A stretch of DNA of 64,000 nucleotides from contig NC_086110.1 of assembly GCF_963921235.1 (NCBI RefSeq), positions 434,001-498,000 of the forward strand, given 5' to 3'. This DNA is from Mobula hypostoma. Its lineage: Eukaryota. The notes below the pieces were generated by a model. The model was not told the DNA's origin. It saw nothing but the letters and a program-made list of their open reading frames with translations, and did no database searches. The position numbers and the translations under genes are program-made. Below, in pieces: positions 27,504 through 37,865 of the stretch (positions within the stretch are counted from its first letter, which is position 1; the number at the start of each line of letters is the position of its first letter).

Positions 27504-27601
27504 AACTCCTTTGGTCTCACCTTCTGTTCTCTGTTCTAAAAATTCTTATTTTATTGCGAACGCTGCATTCACGATCGCATGTCCCTCTGATGACAATGGA
27601 G
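27504..27601 (+). CDS. Candidate transmembrane exon 1 (intramembrane Lys)
   Basis: Acceptor ccaaacag|AA (phase 1) and strong donor GAG|gtaagt; reads ELLWSHLLFSVLKILILLRTLHSRSHVPLMTME. Confidence 0.6.
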
Positions 27602-29156
27602 GTAAGTTTTCTCTGTACCTGTGAATACAGGTATATTTGCATAGGGCAATAACCTCGACTGACTTTGACTTTGAATCTTCGGTGTGAAGGCAAATTAAAG
27701 GCGCGTGTGCGCCATCTTTGTGAATGCATCTAAGTATTGGGACGTGGGCAGATCATCTAACAGGTTAGCGCCCGAGAATTGTTAACAACATGGCAACATC
27801 TGCCCTTTGATTTTGAAATTGTGACGACAGGTTCGAGACAATGCACCACCCCTTAAAACGCACAGGGGGTATACCTACAAGCCCGCTAAGACGTTGTGAT
27901 TTAGGTTCGATGACATTGTCTCTTATTGGGATGCAAACGTTCCCTGAAACAAAGAAAAACAGAATCCTGACATAAGAATGAAACGCAGAAGATGGGGTTC
28001 CTTGTGTAACTGAGGTAGCTAAGACACCGTCACCGTTATTTACCTGCCTGTTCTAGTGGCCATACGTTATACAGTAGAACAAAAATCCGTAGTATCAGGG
28101 AGCAGCCACCAGCAGTATACGCACCAAAGTAATGCACTACTTAATCAGCTGTCACAACCCCGAGGCCTATCTAATGTCGCCTCTGGATACGCATGCTGTT
28201 CCAAAATATCACATAGTTAATGTAAGTTAACATTGCTTCTGACAAATTTGGATTGATTGATTTGAATTAGTAACGTAATTCTGCGAGTGATTCTACAGTC
28301 TGCGAGAATGACTGTGAAGCTGTTACAATGTACAACAACTCCAATCCTAATTCATTTTCTCTACGTAGACAAATCTTATCAATTATATTCTGTGATGATT
28401 TTAAGGACGCACTGATCTCCCACAACGTACAGTGCTTTAGAGAGAAGATAAAAACAACTAACAAGTCATTAGATCAGCGGAGTGCTGGATTACAAATATT
28501 TAAAAACAGCAACGAGGTCCTGGATGAAAAATATAAGATAAAACGAAGGAATGGTGGCTTTGGACAACGTGAAACTCAGTCGGAACGGACATCCTTTTTC
28601 ACTGCTCGGTCACGGCGAATAAATCGACCTTAGGGTATCCTATCGTTATTTTCAGATAAATTTCAAAGTACCCAGTGGATTTGGAAGAGCTCGAGGCCAG
28701 GCGCCAGGCAGATAACTTTGTCCTCAATGTAAACTTGACAAGGACGATGATTACCCGCTTCAAGAAAACTCGCACCCACTTTACACCCGCGGTACAGCAG
28801 GGAAAACTACGAACAGTTTTAAACTCCTGGGCGTGCACAAGTCACACAACGTCTGATAGTCTCAGAGTACATCCTACACAAAACAGGGAATCTCGGCTAC
28901 GTTTCGACTTTCTGAACAGGCTGAAGAAAACAGGTCTATGCGATATAATACTCACAGCCTTCTACAGAGATTCACTAGAGAGCATCCTAACACACTGAAC
29001 CATGGGGAAACAGCTTTGTATGTTTATCTCGCCCGTACAGTCATAATCTAATATTATGCAAAATACTGTGAAAATGATGAAATATTTGACTGAGTTACAA
29101 TTTAAATGCCGTATGCAATTTAAAGCTCGTCACTAAATTTATTATTAACGTTACAG

Positions 29157-29255
29157 ATTCAGGCAACTACAATTCATTTGCTGATCAGAATTTCGGTTAC
29201 GTAGCAAGAGGAGTAATGTTCTTCCTGATTCTCACCTTCATTGTGACAGGCAGAG
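29157..29255 (+). CDS. Candidate transmembrane exon 2 (Arg-Gly at the start of the TM segment)
   Basis: Acceptor gttacag|AT, donor AGAG|gtaaga, 99 nt, phase 1-1. Reads DSGNYNSFADQNFGYVARGVMFFLILTFIVTGR; the other two frames contain stops. Confidence 0.68.
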
Positions 29256-29733
29256 GTAAGACTCTAGACTTTTTTGGTCTTCTGTTTATTGTGTAATTAC
29301 GCAGTTGAATTAAACAATAGTATCTGAGGGAATGCTTGGTTCGGATATTATACATTTGCTCGAAAAATCCAAAAGTTGGCCGACCTGTGACGCATCAGTT
29401 TCATCTCCTTGAGTGCAGCGTCTCCCGAAATTTAAACTCTGACGGTCAAAGTGCTCCTAAATATCGTATTCCTTTAACCATTCAAACGCCACTAGATAAA
29501 CTTCTGTTGGCTGTGTGATAAATTTACACGACGATATTAGGGCAACTGAAGGTAAGCGGTATTGTCAACCCATGCAACCGTAATGCTGAACGGCCCTGAA
29601 TATTAGCAGATGACAGTCCAAGGTACTCCCAATATCGCCGATTCGTAAGACTAATATTTCACTCCTATGTTATTGTCTCGGTCTACAACAATATCTGCTC
29701 TATTTTGAATATATTTAATGATTGTGATTCCAG

Positions 29734-29801
29734 AAATTGCAGATATTAAGAGCTGCACAGTTTCAATCCTCTCCGACGGAGTGCAATGACTTCGGTCTTA
29801 G
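29734..29801 (+). CDS. Candidate cytoplasmic linker exon (phase 0 to 2)
   Basis: Acceptor gattccag, donor TTAG|gtacct (moderate); KLQILRAAQFQSSPTECNDFGL. Supported mainly by phase fit between 27601 and 33858. Confidence 0.35.
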
Positions 29802-32800
29802 GTACCTTTCTCCATTTTGCAATGGCCTCCCTCTCCATTGAGCGCATCATTCCTGCATCACATCTTTCTAGACCTGTCAATTTAAAACCACATATGAAAC
29901 CCCCTGTCATGCTGCTAAACTCCAGAGAAAGCTCATAAACCAGAACTTAATCTCTTGAACTTCCACTGAACGCCTTCAAAAGTTAGAAGAACTTTGAGCA
30001 GGAAATAGTCCAAGACTGCCCACGGTATTGAAATTGCGGTCAGATAAAGGTGTACCATTGCAGAGAGATCTGCCTAGCAGCTTATTGGACTATTCCTGAG
30101 AGGAAGATAAGCACTCCATCTCCCTCTTACGTTCCAAGTTTTGGCTGCGTGCTGACATTCATCAACAAGATGCTGGAAATCCAAGCAACACACACAAAGT
30201 GCTGGAGGAACTCAACAGGCCAAGCAATTTTTTGTGTGAGTTGCCAACATTCAGCTCTGCCTTTCCTATTGACTTAGTATTCACAAAATTACTTCCCTTG
30301 TTTTTAGCCCCAAAGTTAATCTATTTGGATTTTTTCGTCATCTGCCAGATATCTCTACATTCTCTCAGTATGGAGTTTCTTGGTTTCGTTCTCAAGGCTT
30401 ACTTTCTCACACAACATTATGCTGTTCTCAAATATTGGATGGATTCCATTTAATCCTCTTATTGAATTGATCATCATATATGCTGAATAACTGCAATCCC
30501 AGCATGTTCACTGTGGTTTCTCATTAGGCACCGTTTTCCATTTGGGGCAAAAAGCTCTGTTCCTTTTTGGCCAACTCATTCTCGATCGTGGTTCACGTTT
30601 TAATAAATCTCTAATACCACAAGTTTTAATTTTGCACCAAGCTCTGTTGTGGGATGTTATTGAAATGTTTCGGAATTGTAATTACACGAAATAATTAATT
30701 CCCTGAATGATATTTGCCAGCTATACTGTCAAAACATGACTTACTATAAATTTTAAACATAACTTTGCTTTAATAGATCATGCTTTTACCTCTCCCCATC
30801 AAGTTCTCCAAGGCTACCTTTGCAACATTTTTCCACCCACTTATCTACAATTCCCTGCTTTCATTGCACTTTATAGTTTACATATCGGGCTTATATGTTG
30901 GGTCTTGCAGTCCTGCGAAACTGTTCTGCATTCCAGCGACTCCATAAAATTCTGGAAAGTAACCACAATTATTTTGGGGCCAATTTCTTACGTATTCTGG
31001 GGTGTAGGCCATTAGGCCCTCAGCTTTTGAGTTGTTATTTTCTACTTACGCCTTCACTGCCTTTATAATAATTCTGCTGAATTCTAAACTGCCCCCAGTT
31101 GTCAAACTTTCCGGGCCTTCCCACGTTTTTGTATTACTTCTTCTTTGTCCTAATGCTATCTATACTTCAGAAGCTGTGTACAGACCTCATCATATCGGGG
31201 AAACCAACCTCCTCTCCATGGACTTTGTCTACGCTTCCCGATGTCTTGTACAATAGCCAAATGAACAGGGATAATTTTCTCTTCTGCTGCAACTCCGCCC
31301 GTCACCATACCAAAGTCTGGAAGCATGTAACAGCAGATTCCTGGAGAGTTTGTCTCCCGCTCTTAAAAGACAATTTAAAGGTCCTTTAGGTGGACTCTGG
31401 ACCACACAGTCTAGCTCGTTATGGCATCCTGTTGTTTGCCCGCACTGTGCGACAGTTTATTCTGCAATTGCTTCTGTTTTTAACTTTTACTGATATGTAT
31501 GGTTGGCAAATTAAGTTTTATTTCCACAGTAGTTCGGTACATGTGACAATAATAGATAAAGTTACTAACTTATCAATTTAATAATGAAGATCTATAATTG
31601 AGCCAAACAAGTTATATTGTTCCATTTGCTCTGGACAGCAAAGGATAACTGATGCTTTCTTGACATTCTGCTTCGCTTTTTGAAGTGTCATCCAATCTAT
31701 CAGAGCCACTGTACTCGTACTTTTATGGCTCCAGACTCTGGTAATTATTCTCAAAATTAATTCTTTCACTCTCCAACTTGATAAATATACTATTCCTTCA
31801 GCAGGGAATCCCGCACAACAGAACCTCTTAATCTATTCCAGTCGCATTTTGCGATTCATGCACAAACACTCCGAAGTCGCCTTGCTAAACAGCGTGCTGT
31901 AAAATATCCACATATAATTAATGTCTGATCTTCACTTTGTTTCTTTAAAAGCTAACGACCTTGACCAAAGTTGTGCATCATCTGCCAGATTTTTGCCCGC
32001 TCTCTGAAATGTAGCCTTCACCGTCTAACATAGCGGTGCTAGCTTAATGGGCAGGGATAGCAGACAAGTGATAGTATTTCATATGTAAAGTGAAGAAATG
32101 GATTGGAGATTAGCACTGGCAATTCGACTACAGCCCGGCCTATTTGTGGTTGTAATTTAATCATTCTGTGTGAGTGATGTATTTTAGAAAGCTAGGTAAC
32201 AGTAGTGCCCATAGTGTAAATGTTAGGACAGTCGTGCATGTTAATGAAAAGAGTGATTCGAAGGGTGCCTTTCCATAATTGCCTGATAAATGATTGGATG
32301 GTGAAGGCATATAAAATGCTTGCTTTCATAGATCACCTATATAAGAGTATGCAGTTTTGGAGAACGCTAGTTAGACAAAGTTTAGAACATTGTTTGCAGT
32401 TTTTTGAATGTTTCTCGTCGACACACTATAGAAATGTGTGGATTGTATTGAAAATGGTGCATAGAAAATTCACCAAAGTATTGCCTAGATTAGAATACCA
32501 TAGTTGTGTGGAGAGAATGAATTGGTGGGGTTTGTTTACTCTGGAGCTTGAGGCTAAGGAAAAGCCTAATAGAACTATATAAAAGTAGGAGAGGCATATA
32601 AAGCACATATGATAAGCACATTTCCCATATAACAAGGGTATCAATGCAACAGGGAATAACTTGAAGGGGAATTTTAATGCCCATGTGAGAGAGTGTGCGA
32701 TCCTCGTCGTTTCATCAACTATGACAAGGGGAATATCAGCAGCGATGGGACGTTTTCACTTTGTTACGATACGAAGTACGAGTTATATTATGAATTTTTA

Positions 32801-32989
32801 AAAGTGCACTAGAGAATGGGATTGTAAATAATGCATATATTGGCACATAAGAGGTCAAATCAATTTCTGATCAGTCAGGGGTGTAGACCGTATAATGAAG
32901 AATGAGAGCCATATTACTAATTCGCTTTATTAATTAGAAAGAGATAATTACAGAAATCCGAATTTCGAAATTATTTGTACCGATAATGG

Positions 32990-33772
32990 TTGACGGGACT
33001 GAGTGACAGACGCACCTCAGGGATGTGTACTTAGCCCACTGATCTATTCTATTCTACATCCATGACTGTGTGGCTAGGCACAGTTGAAATGACATATATA
33101 AATTGCTGATGATACAACCATTGTTAGCTGAATATCAGATGGAGACGAAAAGGCGCACAGGAGCGATAGATGCCAGATGTGGTGTCGCAGAAACAAAATT
33201 GCACTCATTGTCAGTAACATAAATGAACTGATTCTGGACACTGGTAATTTTTTACAGATATACCGTGGACAGCAGTCTAACTGGCTGCATTACCACCTCG
33301 TATGGGGGAGGGGGCACTTCACAGAATCGAAGTAACCTGTAGTGAGTTGTAAAATTAGGCAGCTCCATCATGGGCACTAGACTCCGTAGTACACAGGTCA
33401 TCTTAAAGTTTCGGTACATTAAAAAGGAGCATACATTATTAAAGTCCCTTCTCACCCAGGAGATGCCCTCTTCTTATTGTTACCGTCAGGAAGGGAGTAC
33501 AGACGCCTGAAGACACACACTCAAAGATTTAGCAACAGGTTCTTCTCTTCCGCCACCCGATTTCTGAATGGACATTGAACCCATGAAAACTACATCACTA
33601 CTTTTTTTATTTCTATTTTTTTTTACACCGCTTGTTTAATTTAAATATATAAGATATATACTCTTTATGCAGTATACTTTCTTTCTGTCTATTACTATGC
33701 ATTCTATTGCTGCGGCTAAATTAATAAATGTCATGACATATGCAGGCAATATGAAACCTGATTCTGATTCTG
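32990..33772 (+). mobile_element. Decayed L2/Rex-Babar-group LINE 3' fragment
   Basis: RT-like GAPQGCVLSPL and ADDTT; ends in an (ATTCTG)n tail at ~33757-33772. Confidence 0.65.
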
Positions 33773-33857
33773 ACAGGTAGTGCGCTCATGGTGCCCGTGT
33801 AAATACACAAGCTTGAAAGGAGAACAGTAGACATAATACGCTGAATTTGTTTGATAG

Positions 33858-33999
33858 GGTATTACTCTACTCGGCAATTCGATTTAAAACCGAAAAGTAT
33901 AATATTGTAAAAACAGCCTATAGCAATCTTCGAATAAGCCAGGAAGATGCAAGAAAAATAAAATTTATTCAATTAGGGAAGGTAATTCTCATAAGATGA
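33858..33999 (+). CDS. Candidate cytoplasmic tail exon with three tyrosine motifs
   Basis: Acceptor tttgtttgatag (phase 2); VLLYSAIRFKTEKYNIVKTAYSNLRISQEDARKIKFIQLGK, then either a donor AAG|gtaatt at 33981 or a stop at 33997-33999. Confidence 0.5.
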
Positions 34000-35099
34000 A
34001 GCAGGGATTGAAAAAGAGGCGTGAAATACTTCAGGACCTGAGTGCTGGGAGAAGGAGGACCAAGAGACATAGATGTTTCAGTGGTGATAGAGATAGGAGT
34101 GTGGTATACAGTTGAAACATAAACGCAGAAAAAAAATGGAAATAAATTCTCCTGGTTACAATTGACGGACAATTGGCATGCAGCCTGAAAGTGAAACAAA
34201 AATGACTGCCCTGTGTATCACTCCTCTTTTACTTGTCTCGGAACTAATTAAGAAAAATATTGATGCGTACAGCTACCATCTTCATAAAGCATCGGGTAAA
34301 ATGTTTAAATAACCCAAGTGATCAATACATTTTCTTTGTTATTCTCGATCACCCATCTTCAATTATTACAGGATACCCGTAGAAGCAGTTTTGCTCTTTG
34401 GTTGTTTCACGAAAGGAAAAGCAAGTTCGGAATTATAACGGGCTTCTCATTGCTATCGGCGTTTTGTTTGTTGCTATGATGATTTTTTTTGAGATGTTGT
34501 CGGATATTTAGTTTTAAAAGATATCCATTTTATTGATGGAAATATAATAACAGAATTCTAATAATTTTCAGCTTACGCTAGCCGGAGGAGATCAAAAGCG
34601 ACATGAATTGAAAGAAAAGAAAGCAAATTGAAAGAAAGCAATTGAACTGCCGTGGTGTGATATACCCTAACGCCCAGATTCTGGGCCATTGCAGCCCGGA
34701 GATCTGATATAAATTGGGCACCGACATCATACGTCACTCTGAAATTGGCTTGGGCTAAGATGTCTGCTGAAGTCAGACATGCTGAACAGAAAACAATATA
34801 TCCCCAGGTTTGTAGAGCATGGCAGTTAATGCAGGAACGAACTAATCAAATATGAAAACGTTTTAAGTAATTATTTCTACTGCATTTATGGTTTTGTAGA
34901 TATTCGCAAATAAAACGACATTATGTTTAAGAAGAACTGTAATAAATGACTTATTGCAATCCAAACACTGGACACAAAAGCGCGGTCACAATCCTTTACG
35001 TAATTATTATCTTCACGTCAGACCAGCCTCTTACAGTGCACTCAGTGTCGGTGGCTGTGAATTATGTAGGTTTCCATCAATTACATTATTGTACACAAC

Positions 35100-36530
35100 A
35101 TCATCATCCCCCCAGAATTCAGTAAAACCGGCAGTGTGAGGCAGTCCGGAGCTGGGACGAGCCACTTGGCTCGGATCCTATGTTCAATGGGAAGAGGATC
35201 GGTAGGTGGCTCCGGCTCGTCCAGAGGTTTGTGGACACGTTAGTGGCCATGTCGTGACGGCAGGGGCATGGTAGCGAAATCCTACAGATTTTGTTGGGCC
35301 GGTTTACGGCGATATACCGAAACACATTCAGGTTCACACCACTTATCTATAACAAAAGTCTTTTTATCTCCATTCAAAAACGCGGAACGACCCATCGTAA
35401 AGGGTACCAAGGGGATGTTGCTGTGCATCACGGCGGACGAAAACAAACGAGGCGGAATGTAGGACAACAGGAGTTATCTAGTGTTGGATGCCATGATGCG
35501 AAGTAGAAATAGCTGTACAGCAATTCAGTTTACTGTGGAGGGTGGAACATTGTTGACAGGCCGACCAGACGGGAGAGGTGTCAGGAATGCCATCAGCTGC
35601 CAGTCGTAACGGCGACCCGTATTCAGACACGGACACATATTCAGACGCGGAGGCGATTATGCGGCCACATATATATGGAAAACCCTCATATCAGCTATTA
35701 ACGAGCGTGAGACCGCTCGAAAAGGCAATTAAACTGCCGTGGTGTGATATACCCAAACTCCGAGATTCTGGGCCATTGCAGCCCAGAGATCTGATATAAA
35801 TTGGGCACCGACGTCAGAGGAAATATTAGGTAGAGTGCCAAACCGAGTACCTAGGTGCTCATGAACTCCCGAGCCACATCTGCAGCCATCGTTGATGTTA
35901 GAGTGACGACCTCTAGCCATCCGGTGGTACGGTCTACCATGGTAACGATATGCGTAAAACCGTGGAAAGGAGGAAACCAATCAACAAGGTAGACATGGAC
36001 ACGGTCAGGGACTTCAAAAGGAGCCAGTGGCACTTACGCTTTGCCTGCCATACCACACAGGCTGCACCCCAATCACATCACACACGTCCTGTCTAAGTCA
36101 GGGCCACACACAGTTTAGTGCAACCACTTACTGAGAGGCCATGTATGAAGTTAAAATCAGTCCGCCTCCAGCTTGTGGGCACTATGGGGCGAGGGCAACC
36201 TGTTGAGACATCGCACAGGAGAGCAACTCCAGCTTCGCAGAACTTAGTGTCAGCCAAACACAGGTCCCTGACTGCTGTTCAGTAAGGCTGGACGGCTGGG
36301 TCAGTAGCATGGTCGGCTGCATGCCGGCATAGTCAGCCCCTATTGCTATGGCTTCAACGGCTGAAGGCCAGAGGCAATCAGCCACGGCATTATTTTTCCC
36401 TTTGATATTTTGTTTATCAGTTGTGAACACGGATATGGATGGCTGGTGGGGTTGCTGCCGTGTAGACCAGAAATGCAATACTTTGGCCATCTTGGGCAAG
36501 AGGGGTTTATGGTCAACGAACTTTGTCAAA
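35100..36530 (-). mobile_element. Fragmented Gypsy-type integrase/RNase H remnant
   Basis: Minus-strand pieces PLAPFEVPDRVHVYLVD, VTMVDRTTGWLEV, FVDHKPL, KGKNNAVADCL and an integrase C-terminal GDKKTFVID...VSVYRRKPA. Confidence 0.7.
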
Positions 36531-36834
36531 ATGCGACCCTATAGAAACGAAAATGGGAAACTGCAAGATAGAGATTGAGAAGCGCACGGTGAAACGTGTC
36601 GAATTTTTTTTTCGGTGGGTCAGATCTGGCTGCTGAAGAAGGCGGGCAGCTGCCACATGCCTCCGACCTATAAGTATCTTGGAGAGCAGGTGCAGCAGAA
36701 GAGCCGCGTGGTAAGTTCTGCTGTGGTATAATCGAATATTCTGGTCATGCTCACTGACCAGTCAAGCACCTGATTAGGGATATTGCAGTTTAGGGTACTG
36801 CACAGAGGGACCATAAGTTCAGCGGGTCGCTGAA

Positions 36835-37865
36835 TGAATAAGACCGTAAGACATAGGGGCAGAATTAGGCTATTTGGCTAATCGAGTCTGCTCCGCATTC
36901 AGTCATGGCAGATCGTTTTTTTCTCTCCTCAGTCCCACTCCCCGGCTTTTATCTGTAACATTTGATGCCGTGTTCTATCAAGAACCAATCAATCTCTGCC
37001 TTAAAGATAGCCAACGACCTGGACTCCACATCTGCCGTGGTGAGAAATTCCACAACTTCACCACCCTCTGGCTAAAGAAAATTTTCCGCATCTCTGTTTT
37101 AAATTGACGCCCCTCTATCCTGAGCCTGTGTCCCCTTGTCCTAGAGACTCTCGCCATGGGAAACGGTCGTTCCTTATGTTCTCTGTCTAAGCTTTTCAGC
37201 ATTCGAACGGTTTCAAGATGAATCTCCCCCGCTCCAATCTGTTCTACTTCCAACGAGTACAGACTCAGAGCCATCAAACCTTCCTTGTATGATATCCGTC
37301 TCAGTACCTGAATCAGCCTTGTGGACATCCTCTGAACCACCTCTAATGCCAGCACATCTTTTCTTGGATAAGGAGCTCAAAATTGTTCACAATTTCAAGG
37401 TGAGACCTCACCAGTGCCTTATAAAGCCTCGTAGTCACATCCCTGTCCTTGTATTCTAGACCTCTTGAAATGAATATTCCTCAGCACCGATGCAGCCTGC
37501 AAGATAACCTTTAGAGTATTCTGCACAAGGATTCTCAAATCCCATGGCATCTCAGATTTTTGGATTTTCACCCTGTTTAGAAAATAGTCTGTACATGTAT
37601 TTCTTCTACCAAAGTGCATGCATTTTCCAACATTGTATTTAATTTGCCACGTTCTTGCCCATTCTCCTAATCTGTCTAAGCCCTTCTTCAGCCTACCTGT
37701 TTCCTCAACACTACCTGCCCCTCCACCAATCTTCATATCATCTGCAAACTTGGCAACAAAGCCATCCACTCTGTCATCTAAGTCATTGATAAACAGCATA
37801 AAAAACAGAGGACACAGCATCAACTCCCGCGGAACAACACTATTCACTAGCAACCAACCAGAAAA
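36835..37865 (-). mobile_element. CR1 LINE 3' fragment
   Basis: Minus-strand FINDLDDRVDGFVAKFADD, WQIKYNVGKC and RTRGHRLRIEG. Confidence 0.85.

Noticed and set aside
34372-34480. Possible additional terminal exon of the Ig gene (acceptor attacag at 34371)
   Set aside because: It gives either GYP-stop or an uninformative hydrophobic peptide; nothing in the sequence chooses between them, so it was left out of the model.
35146-35222. GC-rich nested hairpins (GGACGAGCC/GGCTCGTCC; CGAGCCA/TGGCTCG) as a structured ncRNA
   Set aside because: The stems are short, lie at the 3' side of a Gypsy integrase remnant, and resemble no RNA family I recognise.
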